Of a stretch of 64,000 nucleotides of DNA, positions 19,871 through 30,827 are shown piece by piece. The first letter of the stretch is position 1, and each line of letters starts with the position of its first letter. The stretch comes from Parcubacteria group bacterium GW2011_GWA2_43_13 (GTDB taxonomy: Bacteria; Patescibacteriota; Patescibacteriia; UBA9629; GWA2-43-13). The DNA is taken from contig LCFM01000002.1 in NCBI GenBank assembly GCA_000999025.1, forward strand, positions 436 through 64,435, in the 5' to 3' direction. The notes below the pieces were generated by a model. It was not told where the DNA came from. It made no database searches and saw only the letters and a list, made by a program, of their open reading frames with translations. Position numbers and translations under genes: made by a program.

Positions 19871-20251
19871 CTACACATTTTCAAACACATCAATATGCGA
19901 TCCTTCAGGCAGTGTAATAATCGCTTTTTTCACATCTGAACGCTTGCCCAATGAACGCGAAAATTTATTTTTCTTCCGTTTTCCCAGAATGCGAACTGTA
20001 TTGATTGCAACCGGCTTTACACCATACACTCCTTCCACAGCCCGCGCAACCTCAACTTTATTCGCAGAAACAGGCACAAAAAAGATGACTTTCGATGCTC
20101 CTAAAGCGGCTGACTTTTCAGTCACAACCGGACGCAACAGCAATCCCGCCTCTCGTTTTTGCAAAACCCGCTTTTTTTCATCACGAACACCGGCAATCCG
20201 CTTTTTTTCGACTGCTTGCTGAATGTTATTTTTTTTCTTTAACAATGCCAT
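19871..20251 (-). CDS. rplW: 50S ribosomal protein L23 (N-terminally extended)
   Basis: L23 core is LLRPVVTEKS... Confidence 0.85.
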   Translation of the reverse strand: MALLKKKNNIQQAVEKKRIAGVRDEKKRVLQKREAGLLLRPVVTEKSAALGASKVIFFVPVSANKVEVARAVEGVYGVKPVAINTVRILGKRKKNKFSRSLGKRSDVKKAIITLPEGSHIDVFENV

Positions 20252-20260
20252 AGGGATCTA

Positions 20261-20905
20261 TTACACTGCTTTCGTAAATAATTTCTCTATCTTTTTTATG
20301 CCGCCTTGCGTAATAATCATTGCATCAGCTTTCAGCACATCAATAATATTTAATGAATCAGGAGCGCATACCGCGACATGAGGAATATTCTGCGTCGTTC
20401 TAATCAGCTCTGCATCGAAAGTTTCAAAACTCACCAACACTCGCTTCCCTATCCATGGCAGTTGCTTAAGAATACGCACCATCTCTTTTGTTTTAGGGCT
20501 CTTCAGTACAATCTTATCCACGACAATCAAACGATCCTCCTTCGCTTTATCAGATAATGCCATTTTGAGCGCGGCCTGTTTCATCTTTTTATTTATTCGT
20601 TGAGAAAAATTCCGTTCATTCGTCGGGCCAAACGTTACGCCTCCTCCAATCCATATCGGAGACCTGCTTGATCCATGACGCGCTCTGCCTGTGCCTTTTT
20701 GTTTCCATGGCTTTCGTCCGCCTCCGCGCACTTCAGCGCGGCCTTTTGTATGAGCCACAACTGTACGCGCATTCGCATGTTGAGCCACCACAACCTGATG
20801 AACCAAGGCCTCGGATATCGGCACGCAAAAAATCGCATCAGGCAAATCCACTATCCCGATTTCTTTTCCGGTCTGATCGTAAAGTTTCGTTTGAATATCT
20901 GCCAT
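20261..20905 (-). CDS. rplD: 50S ribosomal protein L4
   Basis: 214 aa. Confidence 0.9.
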   Translation of the reverse strand: MADIQTKLYDQTGKEIGIVDLPDAIFCVPISEALVHQVVVAQHANARTVVAHTKGRAEVRGGGRKPWKQKGTGRARHGSSRSPIWIGGGVTFGPTNERNFSQRINKKMKQAALKMALSDKAKEDRLIVVDKIVLKSPKTKEMVRILKQLPWIGKRVLVSFETFDAELIRTTQNIPHVAVCAPDSLNIIDVLKADAMIITQGGIKKIEKLFTKAV

Positions 20906-20908
20906 ACA

Positions 20909-21535
20909 TTATTCTTGAATAATCTCAACCCATGAATTGCGCGCTCCGGGGATGCCTCCTTTGACATATACCATATTCTTATCAGAATCAACTTTCATAA
21001 TTTCAAGGCCACGAATAGCAACCTGAACAGCTCCCATATGCCCTGGCATTTTTCTGCCCTTAAAAACCTCTTGTGGTCCGGTTGACCCAATAGATCCAGG
21101 CATACGTTCTTGATCTTTATGTCCATGAGATGCTGGTCCGCCTGAAAATCCATGGCGCTTGACAACGCCTTGAAAACCTTTCCCTTTGGTCACCCCTCGC
21201 ACAGTCACAGTATCTCCTACTTGAAATTGCTCCACCCCCAATTCGGCCCCTGCTGTGTGATCGAATACTCGATTGCCATGACGAGTATTTAACCGAACCT
21301 CTTTCAGCTTTCGATATGCCGGCATTCCCAATTTTTGAAAAAACCCAGCATGAGGTTTTGAGCTTTTTTTTGCCACACCCGCCGCAATGCGCACTCCATC
21401 ATATCCGTCTGTTTCTTGCGTTTTCACACGAGCAACACGATTCGGCTGTGCTGTAACAATCGTAACACTAACCAGATTTCCGGCCTGATCATATAATTGC
21501 GTCATTTCCTTTTTCTGACCTAACAGATACTTCAT
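20909..21535 (-). CDS. rplC: 50S ribosomal protein L3
   Basis: 208 aa. Confidence 0.9.
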   Translation of the reverse strand: MKYLLGQKKEMTQLYDQAGNLVSVTIVTAQPNRVARVKTQETDGYDGVRIAAGVAKKSSKPHAGFFQKLGMPAYRKLKEVRLNTRHGNRVFDHTAGAELGVEQFQVGDTVTVRGVTKGKGFQGVVKRHGFSGGPASHGHKDQERMPGSIGSTGPQEVFKGRKMPGHMGAVQVAIRGLEIMKVDSDKNMVYVKGGIPGARNSWVEIIQE

Positions 21536-21846
21536 ACAATATAATCCTAATATCCGAATGCACTCGAATGCAATGAGTCCCCTTCGTTCAGAACATGTGT
21601 AGATTCGGATAGTATTCGCAGATTAGGATCGCTGTTTAAAAAAAACATCCCGCCTCAACTCGACGGAAGTGATATCAAACAGCAGTGCTGGTATCTCTGT
21701 CCTTGAATGAGTTGGTCAATTGTAGATTGGGGAAAAAACAACACCTTTCACGGTTCAGGGACGCAGTATGCACTTTCCCCTGCGTGCGCTGAAAAAATAA
21801 TTTTCAGAACGCGCAGAGGAGTTGCATACTAAGACCGAATTGAACC

Positions 21847-22194
21847 TTACATTTTTATTTCAACATCAACGCCTGCGGGTAAGTTTAACTTCATTAGGTC
21901 GTCAACTGTTTGCGGAGTCGGATTAAAAATATCAATCAACCTTTTATGAATTCGCATCTCAAACTGATCACGCGAATTTTTATGAACAAACGTTGACTTG
22001 AGCACAGTAAACTTTTTCTTTTCAGTGGGCAGAGGGACAGGGCCTGCGATTTCCGCTCCCGAGCGCTGGGCTGTATCAATGATTTTTCGCGTTGATTGAT
22101 CAATTATTTTATGATCATACGCGCGAATTTTCAAACGGATACGCGTCTTTACCTCGTCGTCTTTCACTGGAGTTGTAATGTTCTTCTCTGACAT
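21847..22194 (-). CDS. rpsJ: 30S ribosomal protein S10
   Basis: Contains [14 protein letters not shown]. Separated from rplC by an unusually long 310-bp spacer. Confidence 0.9.
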   Translation of the reverse strand: MSEKNITTPVKDDEVKTRIRLKIRAYDHKIIDQSTRKIIDTAQRSGAEIAGPVPLPTEKKKFTVLKSTFVHKNSRDQFEMRIHKRLIDIFNPTPQTVDDLMKLNLPAGVDVEIKM

Positions 22195-22212
22195 GGAAAA
22201 ATTACATGAACC

Positions 22213-22245
22213 AGCCCTGCCTCCCCATACGAGGGAGACAGGGCT
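22213..22245. repeat. family-B-like palindrome between tuf and rpsJ
   Basis: agccctgcctcccc-atac-gagggagacagggct. Confidence 0.5.
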
Positions 22246-22253
22246 TAGTAAAT

Positions 22254-23444
22254 TTATTTAAATATTTCTGTCACCGCGCCTGCTCCAACAGTTCTGCCTC
22301 CTTCACGGATAGCAAATCGCATTTGTGCTTCCATAGCAATCGGTTTCGCAAGTTTGATTTTCAAACTCACAGTATCTCCTGGCATAACCATTTCTGCTCC
22401 TTCTGGCAATTCAACCTCACCGGTCACATCAGTTGTTCTGATATAAAACTGCGGTTTATATCCCTTAAAGAATGGAGTATGCCGGCCACCTTCATCTTTA
22501 GACAAAATATACACTTCAGCCGCAAACTCTGTATGCGGAGTAATGGATCCTGTTTTTGCAAGCACCTGACCGCGCTCGACATCGGTCTTTTTGGTTCCGC
22601 GCAAAAGAATACCCGCATTATCGCCTGCCTGACCTTGATCTAATGACTTGTTAAACATTTCAACGCCAGTTACAACTGTTTTCTGCGTATTAACTAAACC
22701 GACGATTTCAACTTCTTCATTCACTTTCACCATCCCACGCTCAATGCGACCTGTTACCACTGTTCCTCGGCCTTCTATGGAAAAGATGTCTTCTATCGGC
22801 ATGAGAAACGGTTTGTCAACATCACGTTGCGGAAGAGGGATATAGGTATCAAGCGCATTCATGAGATCCATGATCGGCTGTGCCCATTTTTCATCAGTGG
22901 AATTTTCAAGCGCTTTTAACGCAGAACCACGGATAATAGGCGTTTCATCACCGGGAAATTCATATTTTTTGAGCAAATCGCGAATTTCTTCTTCAACTAA
23001 ATCAACCAATTCAGGATCATCCACCATGTCAATTTTGTTCAAAAAGACAACAATATACGGAACGCCAACCTGACGAGCAAGAAGAATGTGCTCTCGAGTT
23101 TGAGGCATCGGTCCGTCTGCCGCAGATACAACTAAAATAGCGCCATCCATCTGTGCCGCTCCGGTGATCATGTTTTTGACATAATCAGCATGACCTGGAC
23201 AATCAACGTGAGCGTAGTGACGGGCTTCTGTTTGATACTCAACATGCGATGTCGCAATAGTAATACCACGCGCTTTTTCTTCTGGCGCGTTATCAATTTG
23301 GTCAACGCTTCTTTCCGCGGCAACCAATCCCTTCGCGTGCAATACTTTTAAAATTGCGGCGGTCAGTGTTGTTTTCCCATGATCAACGTGACCAATGGTA
23401 CCCACATTTATATGGGGCTTTGAACGATCAAATGCTTCAGCCAT
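22254..23444 (-). CDS. tuf: elongation factor Tu
   Basis: Start at [26 protein letters not shown]. Confidence 0.95.
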   Translation of the reverse strand: MAEAFDRSKPHINVGTIGHVDHGKTTLTAAILKVLHAKGLVAAERSVDQIDNAPEEKARGITIATSHVEYQTEARHYAHVDCPGHADYVKNMITGAAQMDGAILVVSAADGPMPQTREHILLARQVGVPYIVVFLNKIDMVDDPELVDLVEEEIRDLLKKYEFPGDETPIIRGSALKALENSTDEKWAQPIMDLMNALDTYIPLPQRDVDKPFLMPIEDIFSIEGRGTVVTGRIERGMVKVNEEVEIVGLVNTQKTVVTGVEMFNKSLDQGQAGDNAGILLRGTKKTDVERGQVLAKTGSITPHTEFAAEVYILSKDEGGRHTPFFKGYKPQFYIRTTDVTGEVELPEGAEMVMPGDTVSLKIKLAKPIAMEAQMRFAIREGGRTVGAGAVTEIFK

Positions 23445-23489
23445 GGTGAGTTTTTTCCACAGCCCCCACACCTATTACCTATTCTTCCA

Positions 23490-23509
23490 TGATCAGTATA
23501 CTGATCATA
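23490..23509. promoter_or_regulatory. 20-bp perfect palindrome ATGATCAGTATACTGATCAT in the tuf 5' region, nested inside an 11-12 bp inverted repeat
   Basis: Perfect dyad 46-65 nt upstream of the tuf start. Flanked by cacctattcttc / gaagaataggtg. Confidence 0.5.
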
Positions 23510-23774
23510 TCTCCTAAAAAATAAAAGATGTGTTTAGAAGAATAGGTGCGGGGTTTCAATCCAGCCGTGGCGCTATATTAAATATGTTCAATCATGATAA
23601 GATACCGCATGCTTTCGATATCCTCTCATAAAGGCACATGAATAATAGATGAGAAAAATTGTCATGTTATCCACAGCAGGAAACAGTGATGATTGTACCA
23701 CACTGCGTCAAAAAAACAAGGGGATGATTGCACCCCGATCCCCCCTTATATACACATCAAGGAAAAAAGAGCAT

Positions 23775-24076
23775 TTATTGGACCGGTTCAAGATATACCC
23801 TGTCATCATCGCGATCAGGTGAATCAGACGGCATGACTGGCTCAAAGTCATCCCAACCAACCTCTTCCTGACTTTGTTTCCACACCGCAATATCGCGGTT
23901 TATCTTATCCAATAATTCCTCTTCTGTCAAGGATTGGACGTCCTGACGATACCCAATCACGCGCTCATATTCAGATAACGGCATCACCACAATCGGCGAC
24001 TCTTGGGTATCAACAATAATAACCCGATCTCCGGTGCTTCTTGCGAGTCCCAATACGCGCTCAAGATCTTTCATAC
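23775..24076 (-). CDS. small protein with a Phd/YefM-like antitoxin fold and an acidic C-terminal tail; no toxin partner
   Basis: Start at MTFCMKDLERV, with a GGGG SD 5 nt upstream. The segment RVIIVDTQESPIVVMPLSEYERVI matches the YefM core (VIITRNGKPVAVLVSLEEYE-like). Confidence 0.35.
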
Positions 24077-24270
24077 AAAAAGTCATTAACCCCTTTTGCA
24101 ATACTATAGAAAAAAACCATAGAGCGCAAGCTTTGCAAAAAGAAAAAGAGGTCAGCAGAGCCAACCCCTTTCGCGACAGAACATCCAGCATGACATCAGG
24201 AGGGTTTTCCTCCCAATGTGGGAATACCCAACTAAGAGGGTGGTATTTCATTGGCGACCCATACACAAAA

Positions 24271-24297
24271 AGACGCTCCATTGGAGCGTCTCTACAC
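24271..24297. repeat. family-A palindromic element (degenerate) just downstream of fusA
   Basis: agacgctcc-att-ggagcgtctctacac. Confidence 0.55.
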
Positions 24298-24313
24298 TAT
24301 CATTATACTATTA

Positions 24314-26410
24314 TCACCGCGCAGTGCCGGCACGGCCTGCTTTTACCTCTTCTTCTACATTTTTAGGCACTGTTTTATATTCATGAAATTCCATTGAATA
24401 TGATGCCCGGCCTTGTGTCATAGATCGAAGCGCTGTCGCATACCCAAACATTTCTGCCAAAGGAACTTTTGCGTGCACCACCTTAATACCGGCTCGTTCT
24501 GTCATTTCCTCTATCTGTCCACGCCGCGCGTTCACATCACCCATCACATCACCCATAAAATCCTCTGGCGTAATCACTTCCACTTTCATAATCGGCTCCA
24601 GCAAAACCGGACCTGCCTTTTGCGCCGCTTCTTTAAACGCAAACGATCCTGCAAGTTTAAACGCCGCTTCAGACGAGTCAACCTCATGATAACTCCCATC
24701 ATACACTGTCGCTTTTACATCAATCATCCGATACCCGGCAACAATACCATTATCCAACGCCTCGCGCACGCCTTTGTTAATCGGCTGAATATATTCTTTA
24801 GGAATCACGCCTCCTTTAATAGCGTCAACAAATTCATATCCCTTGCCTGCCTCAAGTGGCTCAATGCGAAGCCAGCAATGGCCATACTGACCGCGACCAC
24901 CTGATTGACGGATATACTTACCTTCGGCTTCTGCGGATTTTGTAATGGTTTCACGATACGCAACCTGCGGCTTGCCCACATTCGCCTCAACCTTAAATTC
25001 GCGCTTCATACGATCTATAATAATTTCCAAATGCAACTCTCCCATTCCCGCGATAATGGTTTGACCTGTTTCTTCATCCGTATGCACACGAAAAGTCGGA
25101 TCTTCTTCTGTAAGTTTTGAAAGCGCGATGCCCATTTTTTCTTGATCCTGTTTTGTTTTCGGTTCAATGGCAACCTGTATGACCGGCTCCGGAAACGTAA
25201 TTGATTCAAGTACAATAGGATGATCCGGATCGCACAATGTATGGCCGGTAAACGTCGTTTTTAATCCAACCGCGGCGGCAATTTCTCCGGCATATACATC
25301 TTCAACATCTTCACGGTGATTCGCATGCAAGCGCACAATACGGCCGAGTCGTTCCTTGTCTCCGGTTGTCGCATTTAAAATATATGATCCTGCTTTCACC
25401 ACGCCTGAATACGCGCGAAAAAATGCGAGCTTCCCAACAAACGGATCTGCCGCTATTTTAAACGCAAGCGCTGAAAACGGCTCGCTGTCATCTGCTTTCC
25501 GTTCCATTATCTCCTCGGAGTTCCCAAGCGCATGGCCTGTTACCGGTGGAATATCAAGCGGAGACGGCAAATAGTCAACCACCGCGTCCAACATAAACTG
25601 TACACCTTTATTTTTTAAAGCAGATCCGCACAATACCGGAATAATATCCAAATTGATAACCGCCTTGCGCAATATTTTTTTAAGCGTTTCGATTGAAATT
25701 TCCTCGCCAGCTAAAAATGCGTTCATGGTGTGTTCATCATTTTCCGCGATTGCTTCAACTAATTGCGCGCGATATTTTTCAACTAATTCTTTCATATCAG
25801 AAGGCACTTCAATCTCTTCGTGTTTTTGTCCAAGATCATCAGTATAGATGTATGCTTTTTGCTCAATCAAATCAATAATGCCTTTAAAGCTATCTTCTAT
25901 ACCTATAGGCAATTGAATAGGATGGGCCTTTTTTGTGAGCCGCGTATAAATTGAGTCAAGATCTTTATAAAAATCCGCTCCGGTGCGATCCAATTTATTG
26001 ATAAAACAAATACGAGGGACATGATATTTATCCGCCTGGCGCCACACGGTTTCTGATTGCGGCTCCACACCGGCAACTCCATCAAACACAACAACAGCGC
26101 CGTCAAGCACGCGTAAAGAACGCTCCACTTCAACGGTAAAATCAACGTGCCCGGGAGTATCAATAATATTGACGCGACAGTCCTTCCAAAAACAAGTGGT
26201 TGCGGCCGCGGTAATGGTAATGCCGCGCTCGCGCTCTTGTTCCATCCAGTCCATGGTTGCCTCGCCTTCATGCACTTCGCCAAGCTTGTGCTTTTTTCCG
26301 GTGTAAAACAAAACCCGCTCGGTTACAGTTGTTTTTCCGGCGTCAATATGCGCTATAATCCCGATATTTCGTGTTTTTTCTAATAAATATTCACGTGGCA
26401 TACGTTCCAA
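24314..26410 (-). CDS. fusA: elongation factor G
   Basis: 698 aa with the GTPase domain AHIDAGKTT. Confidence 0.95.
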   Translation of the reverse strand: MERMPREYLLEKTRNIGIIAHIDAGKTTVTERVLFYTGKKHKLGEVHEGEATMDWMEQERERGITITAAATTCFWKDCRVNIIDTPGHVDFTVEVERSLRVLDGAVVVFDGVAGVEPQSETVWRQADKYHVPRICFINKLDRTGADFYKDLDSIYTRLTKKAHPIQLPIGIEDSFKGIIDLIEQKAYIYTDDLGQKHEEIEVPSDMKELVEKYRAQLVEAIAENDEHTMNAFLAGEEISIETLKKILRKAVINLDIIPVLCGSALKNKGVQFMLDAVVDYLPSPLDIPPVTGHALGNSEEIMERKADDSEPFSALAFKIAADPFVGKLAFFRAYSGVVKAGSYILNATTGDKERLGRIVRLHANHREDVEDVYAGEIAAAVGLKTTFTGHTLCDPDHPIVLESITFPEPVIQVAIEPKTKQDQEKMGIALSKLTEEDPTFRVHTDEETGQTIIAGMGELHLEIIIDRMKREFKVEANVGKPQVAYRETITKSAEAEGKYIRQSGGRGQYGHCWLRIEPLEAGKGYEFVDAIKGGVIPKEYIQPINKGVREALDNGIVAGYRMIDVKATVYDGSYHEVDSSEAAFKLAGSFAFKEAAQKAGPVLLEPIMKVEVITPEDFMGDVMGDVNARRGQIEEMTERAGIKVVHAKVPLAEMFGYATALRSMTQGRASYSMEFHEYKTVPKNVEEEVKAGRAGTAR

Positions 26411-26491
26411 ATATCAAATGTCAATTTTCAAATACCACATTCGTACCGCATCATCCGCGTATATCCGCATCAATCTGCGTTCATCCACGCA

Positions 26492-26962
26492 TTAATTCCC
26501 AAAATGCGCGAACGCGCGGTTTGCTTCAGCCATACGATGCATATCATCGCGCTTTTTCACTGCTTCTCCCATATTTTCCGAAGCGGCAAGGAGCTCTTCG
26601 GCAAGCTTGTGTTTCATTGGCTTTCCTTTTCGCTTTCGCGCGGCTGTCAATAACCACCGGTATGCAAGCGCCATTCTGCGATCTCCGCGCACCTGCAATG
26701 GCACTTGATAATTAGCCCCGCCAACTCTGCGTGATCGAACTTCAACTGTTGGAGCGACATTTTTGATAGCTTTATTAAAAATACCCAAGGGATCTTGCTT
26801 GGTTTGATCGCGGATAATATCAAACGCATCATACACAATCCCTTGCGCTGTGCTTTTTTTACCGCCCTCCATAATCATATTAATCAGCTTGGCAATAGTT
26901 GTGCTTTGATACTTGGGATCTGGTTTGAGCGCGCGTTTTGGTGCTGGTTTTCCTCTCATAGT
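26492..26962 (-). CDS. rpsG: 30S ribosomal protein S7
   Basis: Start at [17 protein letters not shown]. Confidence 0.9.
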   Translation of the reverse strand, partial: TMRGKPAPKRALKPDPKYQSTTIAKLINMIMEGGKKSTAQGIVYDAFDIIRDQTKQDPLGIFNKAIKNVAPTVEVRSRRVGGANYQVPLQVRGDRRMALAYRWLLTAARKRKGKPMKHKLAEELLAASENMGEAVKKRDDMHRMAEANRAFAHFGN

Positions 26963-26963
26963 T

Positions 26964-27383
26964 TTATGCTTTAGGTCGTTTCGCCCCGTACTTTGATCGC
27001 CCGCGTTTGCGGCCGTCAACGCCGGTTGAATCATACACTCCGCGGACAATGTGATACCGCACGCCGGGAAGATCTTTCACCCTGCCTCCACGAATCATCA
27101 CAATAGAGTGTTCTTGGAGTTTATGTCCTTCCCCGGGGATATACGCTGTTACTTCCATTCCATTAGAAAGACGGACACGCGCGATTTTGCGCAATGCCGA
27201 GTTTGGCTTTTTAGGAGTCATGGTTGTTACTTTCAAACACACGCCACGTTTAAAAGTTGCTCCTTTGGCTAACTCCTTCCGTGTACGCGTTGCAGGATTA
27301 TACACTGACTGAAGCCCTGGGGTTTTTGATTTTGACGATTTTGTGCTTCGTCCTTTTCGGATAAGTTGATTAATTGTTGGCAT
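26964..27383 (-). CDS. rpsL: 30S ribosomal protein S12
   Basis: Starts [12 protein letters not shown]. Confidence 0.9.
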   Translation of the reverse strand: MPTINQLIRKGRSTKSSKSKTPGLQSVYNPATRTRKELAKGATFKRGVCLKVTTMTPKKPNSALRKIARVRLSNGMEVTAYIPGEGHKLQEHSIVMIRGGRVKDLPGVRYHIVRGVYDSTGVDGRKRGRSKYGAKRPKA

Positions 27384-27400
27384 ACGAAACAAACCAAATT

Positions 27401-27483
27401 TATAGACATCACATTATGACATAGGGCTTGAGGCGCCGTAGGAATGGAATGGATCAATACTATTTTATAATGTGATGTCTATA
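27401..27483. repeat. MITE-like element: perfect 17-bp inverted repeats TATAGACATCACATTAT / ATAATGTGATGTCTATA flanking 49 bp, upstream of rpsL
   Basis: Inverted-repeat core TAGACATCACA is shared with the ftsA-ftsZ element at 52777..52959. Confidence 0.6.
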
Positions 27484-27587
27484 ACATTAAAAAAAGTGGT
27501 TGCAACCAGCCACGCATTGCACGCACTACAATATCATAACCGATTTAATTGGTCAACACGGCTCTATGGTGATGTTGCGATGCTGTA

Positions 27588-28235
27588 TTACAAAAACCTC
27601 TGCGCCAAAGATAAAAACCAATCAAACACCACGCCTAAAATACTCACTGGTAAAAAGTTATCAATAATAATCAACCCAAATAACAGCCATGGGCCGTGCA
27701 TTTCCCATTTTATTTTTCTCTGTTGCCATTCATAACTATCCGGCAAAACAGCGTATGCCACTTTAGAACCATCAAGCGGAGGAATTGGCAAAAGATTAAA
27801 CACCATCAAAACTGTGTTAATCATTATCAAAAAAACGCAAAACTGCACTAATAGATTATCTTGAGCAAACCCAGCGCCGGCTAATATACGCATAACAATC
27901 ACAAACACAATAATACTGATTAAATTTGAAACCGGACCTGCAAGCGCAACAAAGGCAGACCCCAATTTCATGCTTTTGATTTTGGTAAGCTGATACGGAT
28001 TAAATGGCGCAGGCCTACCCCATCCAAACCCGGCAACTAATAATAACAAAAACCCCATCGCATCAATATGAGCTAACGGGTTCAATGTCAAACGGCCATG
28101 CTCTTCTCCTGTTTTATCGCCTAATGCCCGCGCCATGGCAACATGAGAAAACTCATGAATCGTAATCCCATACACAATGGCGCACACCCACAACACAAAA
28201 AAAATCGGATCAGAAAATAATGTTGAAAGTATCAT
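27588..28235 (-). CDS. site-2-protease-like intramembrane metalloprotease (peptidase M50 family)
   Basis: Motifs HEFSH and NLLPIPPLDG in a multi-TM protein. Confidence 0.75.
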   Translation of the reverse strand: MILSTLFSDPIFFVLWVCAIVYGITIHEFSHVAMARALGDKTGEEHGRLTLNPLAHIDAMGFLLLLVAGFGWGRPAPFNPYQLTKIKSMKLGSAFVALAGPVSNLISIIVFVIVMRILAGAGFAQDNLLVQFCVFLIMINTVLMVFNLLPIPPLDGSKVAYAVLPDSYEWQQRKIKWEMHGPWLLFGLIIIDNFLPVSILGVVFDWFLSLAQRFL

Positions 28236-28251
28236 ATGGACATTACAATTA

Positions 28252-30039
28252 TTACAGGGAAATTTTCAAAGGTGGTGATACTTTGGCAGACACTCTGCCG
28301 CGAGCACGCGCCGCGCGAATAATCGGCAGATTGCGCAATCGTTCTCTTTCTTGTCTGGTCTCTTTTATGCGATCAACAAACTTTTTTACCTGATCCCCTG
28401 CAAATCCTAATATTTTTTCTCCTGCAATCGCAAACGGCTCCATCATGGTCTCCACAGAAAACCATTCAGCACCTGATGTGGCTTTTGTATCTGCTGTATC
28501 CACTCCCCCATTTTGAGATTTCTGTTTAGCACCTTCTTGTTCTTTGGTATGCGCTTCTTTTTGCTTGATCAATGTATCATACTCATGCGCAAGCTGTTGC
28601 CGAATACGTTCCACCGCCTGGGCTGACTCTACAAACGCAGGGTTACGCTTATCTCCCGGGTAGTGTTCAAGTTGTTCAACTGCATCAACAAATAAATCAA
28701 GTTTTGTTCCCCCTTTGGCATCTCGCAACATACGGGGGGAAGTCAAATACGCCGACTCCCCTTCTTCAAGTGATCCATCTATTTCTATAACTGCTGTTTT
28801 AACTCCCCGTCGCACTGCCCGCTTCATTCTACCCCATACGGTTGTTGGCTGTTGTTCTGGCTGTGTGCGCAATTGCCCCAAATCATCGCTTGACGCGCGA
28901 TCAAATTGAGAAAGATTCACTACCCTTTCTAAATACTCCTCTGCCTGATCTAATGAAAAATCATCTCCCTCATCATTGCGCATAAAATCTATAATCGCAT
29001 TCCGTATCTCTTCCTCTTTATACAATTCACCTTTAAAATACCTACTGTCAATATCCTTTTGTTTGCTTGCGGCAAGTAGTGATGCTATCCGATGCGCCCA
29101 CTTTGCGCCATCATGTTCCAAAACACTTTGCACTTTTTCTGGCAAAGGAATGGCTTGAGATACCTCATTGCCAATAAACCACTGCCCAACTTTTTTAAGC
29201 CATGATTTTTTAGATGCATCGTCATCTTTGGAAGTATTGCCATACTCTGCTTCTATTTCAGATAACACCAATGTGAAACAATCATGCACAATGGCAGAAG
29301 AAAGCCCGACGCGCTTTGAAAGCAATCCTACTGCCAACTCTGTATTCTTAGCGACAAACTGCAGTGTATCAATCATGTCTTGCTCTCCGTACGCTTCCAC
29401 TTCTGCAAATTGCACTGTATCTTTTAAGAGGGTTGCCTCTTCTCCGCGTAAAATCCCATTTTTTTCAAGATGGCCTATCTTCCCAGTATTTAACCCACGC
29501 CGCAATGATTGAGACCCTAAATGCACACGCGGATCCTGCTGTTCAAATAAAGAAGAAACCTCATGACGCAATTTATCCGCAATTGTTGGCCGTGATTCTT
29601 TATACCGCGCGTCAATGACAGAAAATAAATCATCTAAATCCTTGTATGAGAATGGCTCTTCCGTTTCTACAGATCCATATAAAAATGCCACCATTTTTCG
29701 TAAATGCTCTGACTGGTCTACGACGTTTTCATACAACCATTTATTTTCACTATCAAAAACATCCGCCTTTCCTGCGCGCTCCCACTCGCTTCGCTCTTGC
29801 TCAAAATTCTTAAACATCCACTCTTGTGTCATTAATGCATCTGATGCCAATATACCCCATAATTCATCAGGGCATTCTTGTGGCTGTTCGATGGCTTCCC
29901 TTGCCAACTCTCTGCGTACACGTTCTCGTAATTGCAATGCGCGCGATTGTTCATCAGGAGTAAATGTTTTTTGCTCCTCTGCCGAGAGTTCGGCATTATT
30001 TGCTTCATGCCCTCTTGGAGGTTCTTGTTCTCTATTCAT
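28252..30039 (-). CDS. hypothetical acidic cytoplasmic protein (595 aa)
   Basis: Long ORF with no TM segment. It is 16 bp upstream of the M50 protease gene and 17 bp downstream of ORF 30057..30464. Confidence 0.5.
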   Translation of the reverse strand: MNREQEPPRGHEANNAELSAEEQKTFTPDEQSRALQLRERVRRELAREAIEQPQECPDELWGILASDALMTQEWMFKNFEQERSEWERAGKADVFDSENKWLYENVVDQSEHLRKMVAFLYGSVETEEPFSYKDLDDLFSVIDARYKESRPTIADKLRHEVSSLFEQQDPRVHLGSQSLRRGLNTGKIGHLEKNGILRGEEATLLKDTVQFAEVEAYGEQDMIDTLQFVAKNTELAVGLLSKRVGLSSAIVHDCFTLVLSEIEAEYGNTSKDDDASKKSWLKKVGQWFIGNEVSQAIPLPEKVQSVLEHDGAKWAHRIASLLAASKQKDIDSRYFKGELYKEEEIRNAIIDFMRNDEGDDFSLDQAEEYLERVVNLSQFDRASSDDLGQLRTQPEQQPTTVWGRMKRAVRRGVKTAVIEIDGSLEEGESAYLTSPRMLRDAKGGTKLDLFVDAVEQLEHYPGDKRNPAFVESAQAVERIRQQLAHEYDTLIKQKEAHTKEQEGAKQKSQNGGVDTADTKATSGAEWFSVETMMEPFAIAGEKILGFAGDQVKKFVDRIKETRQERERLRNLPIIRAARARGRVSAKVSPPLKISL

Positions 30040-30056
30040 AGAATTGCGTGGTTACA

Positions 30057-30464
30057 TTATGAAACAGATGCAATCATATCCGCGGCTTCTTGCCGCCATT
30101 TCATAGAAAATAATTCAAATGATTGTTGCAATATCGCGCTAAGGTCAACCGTAGCAGAAGCAAAAAACTCATCAAGCTGGTCTTGCCCGCCATCTCGGAT
30201 AATTTTTTCAAGTTCACTGCGCTTGTCAGTAGATAAGGAAAAAAATACTCTCTCCCCGACAAAAGCATTCAGATCCTGCGTTATGATTTGCCGTAATGCC
30301 TCTTGCTGATCAGCAGGCAATACATCTATTCCAATATCATGGCACACGCCATCAATAAACTCCTGTATACCACTATCTTTTTGTTGATCCATAGGGTGAT
30401 TGAGAAGTAAATAATTCTTTTGGCTTTCTATAGTATACTGCGCTCTTGAGAAAAAACGCAACAC
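30057..30464 (-). CDS. hypothetical small protein (start may be at 30391, MDQQKD)
   Basis: ORF lying first in an apparent three-gene minus-strand unit. Confidence 0.4.
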   Translation of the reverse strand: MLRFFSRAQYTIESQKNYLLLNHPMDQQKDSGIQEFIDGVCHDIGIDVLPADQQEALRQIITQDLNAFVGERVFFSLSTDKRSELEKIIRDGGQDQLDEFFASATVDLSAILQQSFELFSMKWRQEAADMIASVS

Positions 30465-30469
30465 AACCC

Positions 30470-30498
30470 TTGACTGGTAATGATTTTTTAAGTACAGT
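30470..30498 (+). promoter_or_regulatory. sigma70-like promoter for rpmB (TTGACT-17-TACAGT)
   Basis: Consensus-like -35 and -10 boxes about 40 nt upstream of rpmB. Confidence 0.5.
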
Positions 30499-30537
30499 AA
30501 GGTTTGTTATCTTTATATTTCTTATATTAGAAAATCT

Positions 30538-30717
30538 ATGGCAAAATCGTGTTATGTATGCGGTAGGGGATCCAGCATGATGCAGTTTCGGTCTCATTCC
30601 ATGGTTGCGACAAAACGGCGCGTATATCCAAACCTGCAAACAAAAAAAATCGAAGGCAAGCGCAGAACTGTGTGCGCGCGATGTATCAAAACATCTTCCA
30701 AAGCACTTGTTGCGTAA
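30538..30717 (+). CDS. rpmB: 50S ribosomal protein L28
   Basis: 59-aa ORF below the ORF-track cutoff: MAKSCYVCGRGSSMMQFRSHSMVATKRRVYPNLQTKKIEGKRRTVCARCIKTSSKALVA. Matches the L28 pattern (C..TGK...GNN.SHA.N.TKRR..PNLQ..CxxC). Confidence 0.85.
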   Translation: MAKSCYVCGRGSSMMQFRSHSMVATKRRVYPNLQTKKIEGKRRTVCARCIKTSSKALVA

Positions 30718-30718
30718 A

Positions 30719-30742
30719 AAAGGGCGAAAGCCCTTTTTTTGT
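30719..30742 (+). terminator. intrinsic terminator after rpmB
   Basis: aaaagggcgaaagccctttttttg. Confidence 0.7.
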
Positions 30743-30791
30743 TTTTTTCTTGCTTTTCACGCCTGCATTTTCTAATATACCTGTATATCCC

Positions 30792-30819
30792 GTAGAGACG
30801 TATTGCCATACGCCTCTAC
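30792..30819. repeat. family-A palindromic element (imperfect)
   Basis: gtagagacg-tattgccata-cgcctctac. Confidence 0.5.
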
Positions 30820-30827
30820 ACTAATAT

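Noticed and set aside
29168-30106. Plus-strand ORFs (114, 84 and 163 aa) inside the 595-aa minus-strand gene.
   Set aside because: Serine-rich, low-complexity antisense frames, and the long uninterrupted minus-strand ORF is far more plausible.
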